This document shows, in pieces, positions 1 to 10,233 of a DNA stretch of 64,000 nucleotides. The stretch comes from Candidatus Fervidifonticultor secundus. Its GTDB lineage: Bacteria; Sysuimicrobiota; Sysuimicrobiia; Sysuimicrobiales; Humicultoraceae. The stretch lies in NCBI GenBank assembly GCA_031459385.1, contig JAVKIP010000001.1, positions 32,001-96,000 on the forward strand, written 5' to 3'. Position 1 is the stretch's first letter. Every line of letters starts with the position of its first letter. Below the pieces are notes generated by a model. That model made no database searches. It had not been told where the DNA came from and worked only from the letters and a program-made list of their open reading frames with translations. A program made the position numbers and the translations under genes.

Positions 1-829
1 TGAGGACCAGCGCCAGACCCGGGAACGTCGTGAGCCACCAGGCGTTGTAGATGTAGGTCCGGCCTTCGTTCAGCATGTTGCCCCACGACGCCGTGGGCGG
101 CTGGACGCCGAAGCCCAGGAAGCTGATGGCCGCTTCGGCGACGATGTACTGCGCCACCTGCAGCGAGGAGACCACGATGACGGGCGTCCAGAGGTTGGGC
201 AGCAGGTGGCGGATGACGATGCGCGGCGCGGGCGCGCCCAGCGCCCGCGCCGCCTCGACGTACTCCAGCGTCTTGAGCGCCAGCACCTCGCCGCGCACCA
301 GCCGCGCGTAGACCACCCAGCCCGTGATGATGAGGGTGAGGACGATGTTCTGCAGGCCGATGCCCAGGATGGCGTTGACCACCAACGCCAGCAGGATGAA
401 CGGGAACGAGAGCTGGACGTCCACCAGTCGCATCAGCACCACGTCCGCGACCCCGCCCAGGTAGCCTGAGAGCAGGCCCAGCGTCAGCCCCACCGCGCCG
501 GCGACGCCAACGGTGGCCAGGCCGATAATGAGCGAGACCCGGGCGCCGTAGAGGATGCGCGTGTAGAGGTCGCGCCCGAGCTGGTCGGTGCCGAACCAGT
601 GCTGGCGCGAGGGCGGGCGCAGGGACCGGCCCAGGTCGCTTTCGGCCGGGCCGTAGGGCGCGAGGACGGGTGCCAGGACGGCTGCCACGGTGACCACGGC
701 GACGACGGCCAGGCCGAACGCCCCGCTGCGGGTGAGGACGAGCCGGTAGCGCGGGCGCAGCGCCGGGGCTGCGACCGACGCGGCGGCAGGCCGCGCCAGC
801 GGGCGGTCGGAGGCCGGCGCGCTACGCAT
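1..829 (-). CDS. Peptide/nickel ABC transporter permease (DppC/OppC family), 3' end runs off the window
   Basis: Read manually from ATG at 829: MRSAPAS...HWFGTDQLGRDLYTRILYGARVSL...TTFPGLALVL. The frame is open to position 1 and overlaps the stop of the upstream DppB-type gene. Confidence 0.9.
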   Translation of the reverse strand, partial: MRSAPASDRPLARPAAASVAAPALRPRYRLVLTRSGAFGLAVVAVVTVAAVLAPVLAPYGPAESDLGRSLRPPSRQHWFGTDQLGRDLYTRILYGARVSLIIGLATVGVAGAVGLTLGLLSGYLGGVADVVLMRLVDVQLSFPFILLALVVNAILGIGLQNIVLTLIITGWVVYARLVRGEVLALKTLEYVEAARALGAPAPRIVIRHLLPNLWTPVIVVSSLQVAQYIVAEAAISFLGFGVQPPTASWGNMLNEGRTYIYNAWWLTTFPGLALVL

Positions 830-1739
830 ACCGGATGCGCGGGTTGAGCCAGGCGTAGGCCAGGTCGGCCAACAGGTTGAGCAGCGAGTAGGCCACGGCG
901 GTCAGGAAGACGCCCACGAGCACCACGGGGAAGTCGCGGTTGAGCAGGGCCTGTACCAGGAACCGACCTACCCCGGGCCAGGCGAAGATCGTCTCGGTGA
1001 TGACCGCGCCGCCCAGCAGCTGGCCGAGCTGGAGGGCCAGCAGCGTCACGATGGGGAGGCTGGCGTTCTTGAGCGCGTGCCGGTAGAGCACGCGCCGCGG
1101 CCCCAGGCCCTTGGCCCGCGCGGTGCGCACGTAGTCCTGGCCCAGGGCGTCCAGCATCATCGAACGCGTCAGGCGGGCGAACCGCGCCGCCACGAACGCC
1201 GCCAGCGTGATGGAGGGCAGGATGTAGTGCACCCAGGTTCCCCGACCGCCGGTGGGGAGCACCTTGAGCCAGACGGCGAAGACGTAGATCAGCATCAGCC
1301 CCAGCCAGAAGCCTGGGACGGCCTGGCCGAGCACGGTGGCCCCGATCCCCAGGTGGTCGAACCAGGAGTTGCGGCGTGCGGCGGAGAGCACGCCCACCGG
1401 GATGGCGATGGCCAGGGCCAGGGCCATGGCCACGCCCGAGAGTGCCAGCGTGGCGGGGAACCGCTCCAGGACCAGGGCCAGCGCCGGCTCGCCCTGGCGC
1501 AGGGATCGGCCGAAGTCGCCGTGCAGGGCCCCGCGCATGAAGCGGACGTACTGGACGAGCCAGGGGTCGTCCAGGCCCAGGCGCGCGCGGAACTCCTCGA
1601 TCTGTTTGGGCGTCGTGTCCGTGGGCAGGAACAGCTTCACGGGATCGCCGGCCAGGAACTGCAGGCTGAAGACGGCCGTGAGGGCCAGCAGGACGACGAC
1701 CGCGGCCTCGAGGAGGCGGCGGGTGACGAACTGGAGCAT
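822..1739 (-). CDS. Peptide/nickel ABC transporter permease (DppB/OppB family)
   Basis: GDFGRSL, QDYVRTARAKGL (EAA loop), ETIFAWPGVG, NPRIRY. Confidence 0.95.
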   Translation of the reverse strand: MLQFVTRRLLEAAVVVLLALTAVFSLQFLAGDPVKLFLPTDTTPKQIEEFRARLGLDDPWLVQYVRFMRGALHGDFGRSLRQGEPALALVLERFPATLALSGVAMALALAIAIPVGVLSAARRNSWFDHLGIGATVLGQAVPGFWLGLMLIYVFAVWLKVLPTGGRGTWVHYILPSITLAAFVAARFARLTRSMMLDALGQDYVRTARAKGLGPRRVLYRHALKNASLPIVTLLALQLGQLLGGAVITETIFAWPGVGRFLVQALLNRDFPVVLVGVFLTAVAYSLLNLLADLAYAWLNPRIRYA

Positions 1740-1757
1740 CGGCGGCCGACGCGCAAG

Positions 1758-1787
1758 GGGGCGGGGCGCGCTCGCGCGCCCCGCCCC
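1758..1787 (-). terminator. Intercistronic GC-rich stem-loop after the solute-binding protein gene (mRNA stabiliser or partial terminator)
   Basis: Perfect inverted repeat GGGGCGGGGCGCGC / GCGCGCCCCGCCCC, without a strong U-tract. Confidence 0.55.
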
Positions 1788-1799
1788 TGTCCTAGCCTG

Positions 1800-3320
1800 C
1801 TAGCGCCGGCTCCACGACGCGTCGTGGAGGAAGATCTTCTCGGCCGGGTGCGGTTGCCAGTTCACCCGCTTGTTGACCCCGTAGAGGTCGTGCTGCTGCC
1901 AGAGAAAGATCCACGGCGCCTCGGTGTACAGCATGACCTGGATACGGTACCAGGCGCGGCGCCGCTTCTCCGGGTCGACGACCGGCAGGATCCTGTTGAT
2001 CTCCTGTGTGAGGGCGGGGGTGCCGAACCCGCTGTAGGTCCGCTCGGGCCGGAACAGTTCGGCAATGGTGCCCTGCGCCTCCAGAGCCGGCCCCCAGCCC
2101 AGGTAGAACATCTCGCCGGTGCGGCGGTTGATGATCTTGTCCAGGTGCGTGCCCCATTCGTTCACCTGCACGCGCACCCTGATGCCGATGCGACCCAGGT
2201 AGGCGGCGATCGCCTCCGCCGCTTCCTTGTCGAGCGGGTAGCGACCCGAGGGCGAATCGAGGGTGAACTCCAGCCGGGACGGGTCGTAGCCGGCTTCCTT
2301 GAGGAGCTGGACCGCTCGCTGGGGGTCGTAGGGGTACGGTTTGAGGTTCGGGTTGACGTCCTGGTTGAGGGCTGACAGCGCGCCGGGAATACGCGTGGCG
2401 CGCCCCTTGAACAGGTTAGCGATGATTTCGTCGACGTTCACGGCGTAGTTGAGCGCCTGCCGAACGCGCCGGTCCTGCATGGGCCCCGGCTTGAGGTTCA
2501 CCAGGGCCACGTAGTTGATGCGCGAGGACGCCACCCCGCGGACCTCGGCGATCCCGCTGCGATTCACCTGGTCCACGGCCACGGGCGGCACGTCCTTGAC
2601 GATGTCGGCCTCGCCGGCCAGCAGCGCGGCCAGGCGGGCGCTGAAGTCGGGGATGAAGCGGAACTCCACCCGGCGGACGGCCGGCGCGCCATTCCAGTAG
2701 TTTGGGTTGGCCTCGAGCACCAGCCGCTCGTCGCGGTCCCAGCGCACGAACCGGTACGGGCCGGCGCCGACGGGTTGCCGGTTGGCCTGCTCGTTGCCCA
2801 CCTGCCGGATGTACCTGGCGTTGTGCACGGTGAAGTCCACCAGCCAGAAACGCAGGATGGGCGCGGGCTCCTTGGTCTTGATGCGGACCGTCAGCGGGTC
2901 GACTGCCTCGACGGCGTCGACGAACGAGAAGCGCGGCCGGTAGTGGGACTGGTTCCGGGCGTCGAGGAGCCACTCGATGGTGGACTTCACATCCTCGGCC
3001 GTGAGCGGGTCGCCGTTGTGGAAGCGCACGTTGGGGCGCAGCTTGATGACCCACGTGAGGTCGTCCGGCGTCTGGGGCAGCTCGGCAGCCAGGGACGGCC
3101 TGATGCGCGGCGGCATGCCGTCCCAGAAATACAGCCGGTCGTAGATGTTCATCTGCTGCACGTTGGTCGTCCAGTCCACGATGTGCATGGCCAGCAGGCT
3201 GCGGGGCTCGGCGCCCAGGGCCACCACCAGCGGGCGTTCCTGGGCCTGGCCAGCCGGCGGCTGGCTGCCCACAAGCGTCAGGAGCAGTGCGGCGATCACT
3301 CCCACCGCGATCCTGCCCAT
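1800..3320 (-). CDS. ABC transporter substrate-binding protein, family 5 (peptide/nickel)
   Basis: Signal peptide MGRIAVGVIAALLLTL; LRPNVRFHNGDPLTAEDVK family-5 motif; PVGAGPYRF; RBS GAGGAGGG upstream of the ATG at 3320. Confidence 0.93.
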   Translation of the reverse strand: MGRIAVGVIAALLLTLVGSQPPAGQAQERPLVVALGAEPRSLLAMHIVDWTTNVQQMNIYDRLYFWDGMPPRIRPSLAAELPQTPDDLTWVIKLRPNVRFHNGDPLTAEDVKSTIEWLLDARNQSHYRPRFSFVDAVEAVDPLTVRIKTKEPAPILRFWLVDFTVHNARYIRQVGNEQANRQPVGAGPYRFVRWDRDERLVLEANPNYWNGAPAVRRVEFRFIPDFSARLAALLAGEADIVKDVPPVAVDQVNRSGIAEVRGVASSRINYVALVNLKPGPMQDRRVRQALNYAVNVDEIIANLFKGRATRIPGALSALNQDVNPNLKPYPYDPQRAVQLLKEAGYDPSRLEFTLDSPSGRYPLDKEAAEAIAAYLGRIGIRVRVQVNEWGTHLDKIINRRTGEMFYLGWGPALEAQGTIAELFRPERTYSGFGTPALTQEINRILPVVDPEKRRRAWYRIQVMLYTEAPWIFLWQQHDLYGVNKRVNWQPHPAEKIFLHDASWSRR

Positions 3321-3366
3321 GCGGATCCCTCCTCGTGCGGCCCTCGATACGGGATGTTGAGGCCTA

Positions 3367-3393
3367 TTTCCGCCCGCTGGCGAGGAATCCTCC
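3367..3393 (-). promoter_or_regulatory. Putative sigma-H-like promoter (GGAGGA-N17-GAAA)
   Basis: Motif lies about 45 nt upstream of the SBP start, same orientation; same pattern recurs before other operons. Confidence 0.5.
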
Positions 3394-3520
3394 GGCGGCC
3401 CGCCGGAGGAGGTCGGTGGCTCCCGGGTATCGGGAGCGGAGGTTGGGTGGCGCCTCGGGCGGGAGCGTGGAGCCAGGAGTCGCCCGGGGCCGGGAACGGC
3501 GGGGCAGGAGTCGCGCCGGG

Positions 3521-3548
3521 CCAGGAATCGCGCGCGTGGCACCAGAAC
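3521..3548 (+). promoter_or_regulatory. Putative sigma-H-like promoter (CCAGGA-N18-GAAC)
   Basis: Upstream of the 3676-16713 operon; recurrent motif. Confidence 0.5.
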
Positions 3549-3675
3549 AAGATACGCGCCGCGGGGGAGAGGGCTACACACCGGATACGCCGCCGGCGGC
3601 CGGCGGGTGGCGCGTGCGGCAGGGAACGGGCGGCACGGGGGCTCCCCTGGGGCAGCCCGACCAAGGAGTGATGGC

Positions 3676-4644
3676 ATGACGATGGCGATCTCGCTGCAGG
3701 AGAGCGTCAGGCGGGTCGTGCGCACCTGCGCACGGGTGCAGCCCGGCGAACTGGTCTGCATCGCGGCCGACACTAATACCGCGCCGATCGCCCACGTCCT
3801 GGCCGGGGCCGTGCGGGAGGCGGGCGCCGAGCCCGTGCTGGTCATCATGGATCCCCGCCAGGCCCACGGCAACGAGCCTCCGCGCGTCGTGGCTGCCGCC
3901 ATGAAGGCGGCGGACGTGGTGCTCCAGCCGGTGACGTACGCCATGACCCATACCGACGCTACCCAGGAGGCGCTGCGGGCGGGCGCGCGGGTGCTGGTGC
4001 TGCGGGGCGTGACCGAGGAGATCATGACCCACGGGGCGATGCTCGCGGACTACGACGAGATCGACCGGACCACGCGCGAGCTGGCCCGGCAGCTCACGGC
4101 GGCCGACACGGTTCGGGTGCGCACGCCGGCCGGGACGGACCTGCGGATGTCGGTAGCCGGCCGGGCCGCCGTGGCGCTGACCGGGCGTGTGGGCGGCCCC
4201 GGGACGTTCGCCGCCATGCCCGACGGCGAGGCGGCGATCGCGCCCGTCGAGGGCACGGCCGAGGGCACCCTGGTCATCGAGCACACCATGGACAACCTGG
4301 GGTTCCTGGACGCGCCGATCCGCATGACGGTCCGCAGCGGGCGGACGGTGGAGATCGCCGGCGGCGCGTCGGCGGACCGCCTGCGGGCCATGGTGGCCGC
4401 CGCGGATTCCAACGCCACCAACATCGCTGAGTTCGCCATCGGCACCAACGACCGCGCGCGCCTGATCGGTTCCATGACTGAAGACAAGAAGGTCCGCGGC
4501 ACCGTGCACGTCGCCATCGGCGACAACCACGTCATCGGCGGGACCGTGGTGAGCGAGCTGCACCTGGATGGCCTGCTGCTGCGGCCCACCGTGGAGCTGG
4601 ACGGTCGGGTCGTTGTGCAGGACGGCCGGCTGCTGATCGGCTGA
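3676..4644 (+). CDS. Peptidase M29 / thermophilic metalloprotease (aminopeptidase-like) family protein
   Basis: GNEPP, MPDGEAAIAP, NIAEFAIGTN, HVAIGDN, HLDG; RBS AAGGAG. Confidence 0.85.
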   Translation: MTMAISLQESVRRVVRTCARVQPGELVCIAADTNTAPIAHVLAGAVREAGAEPVLVIMDPRQAHGNEPPRVVAAAMKAADVVLQPVTYAMTHTDATQEALRAGARVLVLRGVTEEIMTHGAMLADYDEIDRTTRELARQLTAADTVRVRTPAGTDLRMSVAGRAAVALTGRVGGPGTFAAMPDGEAAIAPVEGTAEGTLVIEHTMDNLGFLDAPIRMTVRSGRTVEIAGGASADRLRAMVAAADSNATNIAEFAIGTNDRARLIGSMTEDKKVRGTVHVAIGDNHVIGGTVVSELHLDGLLLRPTVELDGRVVVQDGRLLIG

Positions 4645-4683
4645 CGTGGCGTCTGGAATGTGACACTCGACAGGGAGGGGATC

Positions 4684-5352
4684 GTGCGCCTGGTGGACCT
4701 GACCATTCCCTGGGGCCCGGAGATCGAGCCGGTCCCCGGTACTCCCCGGATCTTCTACGTGCCCATCATGCATCACGAGCTCCACGGCTACTCCACCGGG
4801 TACGCGACGTTCAGCATCCACACCGGGACCCACGTCGACGCGCCCTTCCACTTCGTCCGGGACGGCCTGACCATGGAGCAGGTGCCGCTGGAGTGGCTCA
4901 ACGGCCCCGCCGTGCTGCTCGACCTGCGCGCGGCGGCCCGGCCCGGGCAACCGCTGGCGGTGGAGGCGTTGCGCGCGGTGGCACCGGATGCGGACGAACT
5001 GCGCGACCGGCGCGTCGTCCTGTGGAGCGGGTGGGCGCAGGACCACTGGCGCGGTCCGGAGTTCTACCGGGACAACCCCTACCTGGCCACCGATACCGCG
5101 CAGTGGCTGATCGACGCCGGGGTCCGCGCCCTGGCCGTGGACTTCGCCGTCGACGGCGGGCCGCCCAAGCCGCCGGGGCAGCCCCGCTACCCGGTGCACG
5201 TCATCACGCTGGGCGCCGGCGTGTGCCTGATCGAGAACCTGATCAACCTGGACCGGATCGGCCGGCGCCACTTCACGCTGCTGGCGATGCCGGTGCCGGT
5301 CAAGGGCGGCAACGGCGGCCCCGCGCGCGTGGCGGCCTGGCTCGATGAGTGA
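4684..5352 (+). CDS. Cyclase family metal-dependent hydrolase (kynurenine formamidase/isatin hydrolase-like)
   Basis: HTGTHVDAPFH motif, IENL, GGPARV; GTG start after GGGAGGGG (alternative start 4660). Confidence 0.9.
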   Translation: MRLVDLTIPWGPEIEPVPGTPRIFYVPIMHHELHGYSTGYATFSIHTGTHVDAPFHFVRDGLTMEQVPLEWLNGPAVLLDLRAAARPGQPLAVEALRAVAPDADELRDRRVVLWSGWAQDHWRGPEFYRDNPYLATDTAQWLIDAGVRALAVDFAVDGGPPKPPGQPRYPVHVITLGAGVCLIENLINLDRIGRRHFTLLAMPVPVKGGNGGPARVAAWLDE

Positions 5353-5815
5353 CGGAGCCGGCGGGCCTCCCGGTGCGCCCGGCCTCCCCCTGGTCCGCGG
5401 GGTGCACCACCTGGGGATCCTGGTGCGCGATGCCCGCGCCGCCGCGGCGCGCTTCGCGCGCCTGGGGCTGGAGGTCGCGGCGTGGGAGGAGTACGGCCCC
5501 GGGCTGCTGCGCATCGGGTTCATCCCGGCCGGCGATGTGCTGTTGGAGCTGATCGAGCCCCTGGGCACCGAGGACTTCACCGCTCGCTGGGTGCGCCAGC
5601 GCGGCGAGGGTCTCCAGCACATCGCATTCCAGGTGGACGATCTGGGCGCGGTCCTGGCGCGGCTGCGCGCGCAGGGCGTGCCGCTGCAGGACGAGGCGCC
5701 TCGCCCCGGCGCCGCCAACACGCTGATCGCGTTCCTGGCCGCGGAGGTGGCCGAAGGCTTCCTGGTGGAGCTGACGCAGCCCCTGGGCCCGTGGCCCTGG
5801 ACCACCCGCCCGTGA
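5345..5815 (+). CDS. VOC/glyoxalase family protein (methylmalonyl-CoA epimerase-like)
   Basis: VHHLGI, LELIEP, GEGLQHIAFQVDD, LVEL metal-ligand pattern. Confidence 0.85.
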   Translation: MSDGAGGPPGAPGLPLVRGVHHLGILVRDARAAAARFARLGLEVAAWEEYGPGLLRIGFIPAGDVLLELIEPLGTEDFTARWVRQRGEGLQHIAFQVDDLGAVLARLRAQGVPLQDEAPRPGAANTLIAFLAAEVAEGFLVELTQPLGPWPWTTRP

Positions 5816-6711
5816 GTCGGGTCGCGGTCGTCCAGCTGGCGGCGCCGTGGGGCCCACCTGCCGTGATGCGGGCCCGGACCGTGCAGGCGCTGCACGCCGC
5901 CGCGGCGCGAGGTGCGCACCTGGTGGTGCTGCCCGAGCTCTGCACGATCTCCTACGACTTCCGCCGGCGGGACGACGTGGCCCCGCACGCGGAGGGCCTC
6001 GACGGCCCGACCGTGACGGCCTGGGCGGCCGTCGCCCGGCAGACCGGGGTGCACATCGTGGCCGGGGTGCCCGAGCGCGACGGGCCGCGGGTGTACAACG
6101 CCGCGGTGGTCCTGGGGCCTGGCGGCGTTTTGGGCGTCTACCGCAAGGCACACCTCTACGGGTTCGAGCGCGGGGTGTTCGAGCCGGGCGACACTGGTTT
6201 CCCCGTGTGGGAGACGCCGGCCGGACGGCTGGGTGTGCTGATCTGCTACGATCTGCGCTTCGCGGAGGCGGTGCGGATCCTGCTGGTGCGTGGCGCGCAG
6301 GTGCTGTGCGTGCCCACGACGTGGACGGACCGCGGCAAGCCGCAGCCCTGGGACCAGCACGGCTGGTGCGGCGCCGCCTACCTGGCCGCCGGGTACGCCT
6401 ACGGCAGCCGGTTCTGGGTGGCGTGCGCGGATCGCGCGGGTCAGGACGGGCGGGTCCGCACGCTGGGCTGCAGCGCGATCTTCGCGCCCTCCGGCGCGGC
6501 CGTCGCCGGGCCGGCGCCGCCCGACCGGGAGGATCTGCTGGTAGCGGAGGTGGACCCGGCGGTCGCCGACGGTCTTCGGGTGACGCCAGACGCCGACCTG
6601 GTGCGCGACCGCCGTCCCGACCTGTACGGAGAGCTGACGCGGCTCCTGCACGATGAGGCTGGCGCCCGACGGAGGGCCGGGGAAGGCCGCGGCGCCGACG
6701 GAGGAGGGTAG
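5812..6711 (+). CDS. Carbon-nitrogen hydrolase (nitrilase superfamily)
   Basis: Glu-Lys-Cys triad: LPEL, YRKAHL, ICYD; C-terminal DRRPDLY; GTG overlaps the upstream stop. Confidence 0.92.
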   Translation: MSRVAVVQLAAPWGPPAVMRARTVQALHAAAARGAHLVVLPELCTISYDFRRRDDVAPHAEGLDGPTVTAWAAVARQTGVHIVAGVPERDGPRVYNAAVVLGPGGVLGVYRKAHLYGFERGVFEPGDTGFPVWETPAGRLGVLICYDLRFAEAVRILLVRGAQVLCVPTTWTDRGKPQPWDQHGWCGAAYLAAGYAYGSRFWVACADRAGQDGRVRTLGCSAIFAPSGAAVAGPAPPDREDLLVAEVDPAVADGLRVTPDADLVRDRRPDLYGELTRLLHDEAGARRRAGEGRGADGGG

Positions 6712-6712
6712 C

Positions 6713-7510
6713 ATGGACCTGGGACTGCAGGACAAAGTCGTCTTCATCACCGGCGGGTCCAAGGGCATCGGGAAGGCCTGCGCCCTGGAGTTCGCGCGGG
6801 AGGGCGCCCGCGTGGCGCTGTGCGCGCGGGGCGAGGCCGGATTGCAGCGCGCCGCCGCGGAGATCATGGCCGCGACAGGCCGGGAGGTCTTCACGGTCGC
6901 CGGGGACATGATGAAGTGGGACGATGCCAGGCGCTGCGTCGATGATGCGGCCGCGCACTACGGCGGCCTGGACATCCTGGTGAACTGCGCCGGTGCCTCG
7001 CCGGGTGGCCTGATCCTGAACTTGACAGAGGACGACTGGGCCCTTTCAATGCAATTGAAGTTCATGGGGTACGTACGCTGCGCCAGGGCAGCCATCCCGC
7101 ACCTGTTGCGGCGGGGCGGCGGGCGCATCGTGAACGTCGTCGGCAACGACGGGATCAAGCCCGCCTACTGGGAACTGACGGCCAGCGCCGCCAACGCGGC
7201 AGACCTGGCGATGACCTCGGCCCTGGCCGAGCAGTACGGGCCCGCCGGCATCCTGGTGAACGCCGTGAACCCGGGGCCGGTGGCTACGGAGCGGTGGGAC
7301 GGGCTGGTGCGGGCCTATGCCCGGGACAAGGGGCTGTCGGTCGAGGAGGCCAGCAGGAAGGCGCTGGCCAGCCTGCCCCTGGGCCGCATCTGTACGCCGC
7401 AGGAGGTGGCCTGGGTCGTGGTCTTCGTGGCGTCGGCGCGGGCGAGCTACATGAACGGGGCCTGGATCACCCTGGATGGAGGCCAGCGCAAGGCCATCAT
7501 GGACATCTGA
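6713..7510 (+). CDS. Short-chain dehydrogenase/reductase, atypical active site
   Basis: TGGSKGIG, DILVNCAG, VNAVNPG, LDGG; RBS GGAGGAGG; no YxxxK. Confidence 0.9.
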   Translation: MDLGLQDKVVFITGGSKGIGKACALEFAREGARVALCARGEAGLQRAAAEIMAATGREVFTVAGDMMKWDDARRCVDDAAAHYGGLDILVNCAGASPGGLILNLTEDDWALSMQLKFMGYVRCARAAIPHLLRRGGGRIVNVVGNDGIKPAYWELTASAANAADLAMTSALAEQYGPAGILVNAVNPGPVATERWDGLVRAYARDKGLSVEEASRKALASLPLGRICTPQEVAWVVVFVASARASYMNGAWITLDGGQRKAIMDI

Positions 7511-7562
7511 ACCGGCTGCACCGCGCCTGCGGCGCGGGAGCCGTGCGGGAGGAGGCAGGACG

Positions 7563-8780
7563 ATGCGGATCGCGGGAGGATGGCTGGCAGGACTCGTTGC
7601 CCTGGTGCTCCTGGCCCCCGGGCTGGGCGCCGCGCCGGCGGCCAGCATCAAGCTGGGCGGGACGCTGGCGGTGACCGGCCCCTTCGCCGGGGAGTGGGGG
7701 CCGGTCTACCAGCAGTTCATGCGCGAGTGGGTGCGCGCGGTCAACGAAGAGGGCGGGTTCATGGTCCGCGAGGCGGGCCGCCGCCTGCCGGTCGAGATGG
7801 TGCTCTACGACGACGAGAGCTCGGCCGACAAAGCGGTGGAACTGTACGAACGGCTGGCGGCGGTGGACAACGTGCTGATGTTCTTCGGCCCGGCCACCAG
7901 CCCCATCACGCTGCGCGCGTCCACGGTGGCCGAGCGCCTGCGCATCCCCATGGTGACCATGGAAGCCAACGACCGCGCCATCTTCGCCCGCGGCTTCCGG
8001 TACCTGTTCGGGACGCTGGCGCCGGGAGTCTGGTGGACGCGGTACTACTTCGACCTGGTGCGCCAGGCCAACGCCGAGGGCGCGGGCCTGCGGAGCGTCG
8101 TGTTCCTCTACGAGGACACGGCCCACACGCGCGACGTGACCTCCGGTGCGATCGCCTACGCCCGCGAGGCCGGGCTCACCGTCGCCGACCAGCAGGTGGT
8201 GCCGTTCGGCCACTCGGACTTCGCCTCGATCGTCGCGCGCTGGCGGACGCTGAACCCCGACCTGGTGTTCCTGGGTCTGTGGACCGGGCCGTCTATCGCC
8301 TACGTGCGGCAGGCGCGCGAGCTGGGTCTCCGGCCCAGGGAGACGTACGTCCGCGCGCTGGCCCTGCCGTTCGTGCAGGGTGGCGGCCCGGCCGTGGAGG
8401 GCGTCGTCGGCGCCACCTATACGGCGCGGCGCGCCCTCGACGCCCGGTCGAAGAGGATCTTCGAGCGCATGGGCCGCGACCCGTACGACCTGCCGTGGGT
8501 CGCCAACCGGATCGTGGCGCTGGACGTGATCCAGCGGGCCATCGAGACGACCGGCCGGCTGGACCGGGAGGCCCTGGCGCAGACGCTGCGCGACCCTGCC
8601 TTCGAGGTGCCCACGGTTATCGGGAGGTTCAGGTTCAGCTGGGACCTCAAGCTGGCCGGCTCGACGCTCAACGGCCACGGCAACCAGACGGCGTACGTGG
8701 CGCAGATCCAGGGCGGGAAGGTACACGTCGTGTGGCCGCGGGACCTGGCTGACCAGCCCTACCGGCGGCCCGGCAGGTAA
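7563..8780 (+). CDS. Branched-chain amino acid-type ABC substrate-binding protein
   Basis: Signal peptide, IKLGGTLAVTG, YDDES, terminal VVWP; RBS GGAGGAGG. Confidence 0.88.
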   Translation: MRIAGGWLAGLVALVLLAPGLGAAPAASIKLGGTLAVTGPFAGEWGPVYQQFMREWVRAVNEEGGFMVREAGRRLPVEMVLYDDESSADKAVELYERLAAVDNVLMFFGPATSPITLRASTVAERLRIPMVTMEANDRAIFARGFRYLFGTLAPGVWWTRYYFDLVRQANAEGAGLRSVVFLYEDTAHTRDVTSGAIAYAREAGLTVADQQVVPFGHSDFASIVARWRTLNPDLVFLGLWTGPSIAYVRQARELGLRPRETYVRALALPFVQGGGPAVEGVVGATYTARRALDARSKRIFERMGRDPYDLPWVANRIVALDVIQRAIETTGRLDREALAQTLRDPAFEVPTVIGRFRFSWDLKLAGSTLNGHGNQTAYVAQIQGGKVHVVWPRDLADQPYRRPGR

Positions 8781-9519
8781 GTGCTGGAGCTCGTCGGCAT
8801 CAGCAAGCGCTTCGGCGGGGTGACGGCCCTCGACGACGTCAGCCTCACCGTCGGCGACGGGGAGGTGGTCGGGCTCATCGGGCCCAACGGCGCGGGGAAG
8901 ACGACGCTGTTCCATGTCGTCTCGGGGTTCCTGCGGCCCGACCGCGGTCGGCTGCGGTTCCAGGGGCGCGATCTCACGGGCCTGCCCCCGCACGTGATCT
9001 GCCGGCTCGGCCTCGCGCGCACGTTCCAGATCGTCCAGCCCTTCACGCAGATGACGGTGGAGGACAACGTGGCGGTCGGCTACCTGTTCGGTCGCCGCGG
9101 GGCCCGCGCGACCGTCCGGCAGGGGCGCCAGGCCGCCCGCCGCCTGCTGGAGCTGCTGGAGCTGGGCCAGGCGGCCGCCCAGCCCGCGGGGACCCTGAAC
9201 CTGTCGGAGCGCAAGCGGCTGGAGGTGGCGCGCGCGCTGGCCACCGGCCCGCAGCTGCTCTGTCTGGACGAGGTGATGTCCGGGCTTGCGCCGGTCGAGC
9301 TGGACCGCATGGCCGACGTGATCGTGCGGCTGCGCGCCGAGCTACACCTGGCCCTGCTGATGGTCGAGCACAACGTGCGGCTGGTGACGCGGGTCTGCCC
9401 CCGGGTCGTCGTCCTGAACTTCGGGCAGGTGATCGCCGACGGGCCGGCGGATGCCGTCATGGCCGACCCGCGCGTGGTCGCGGCTTACCTGGGCGACCGG
9501 CGCACCCGGAGCGCGGCCC

Positions 9520-9527
<8 letters not shown>
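8781..9527 (+). CDS. ABC ATPase (LivG-like)
   Basis: GPNGAGKTT, ARTFQ, LDE, VEH, AYLG. Confidence 0.93.
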
Positions 9528-10221
<694 letters not shown>

Positions 10222-10233
10222 CGGGAGCCCGCG

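Noticed and set aside
3676..4644. NicX 2,5-dihydroxypyridine dioxygenase call
   Set aside because: Retains Glu-rich aminopeptidase-type motifs (PDGE, NIAE); no other recognisable nic genes such as maleate isomerase are present.
3574..6909. 1111-aa minus-strand ORF, and similar long ORFs such as 14419-17097, 39345-41846, 34643-36949 and 58288-60426
   Set aside because: Antisense shadows of well-supported genes; Arg/Pro/Gly-rich with no motifs, as expected in very high-GC DNA.
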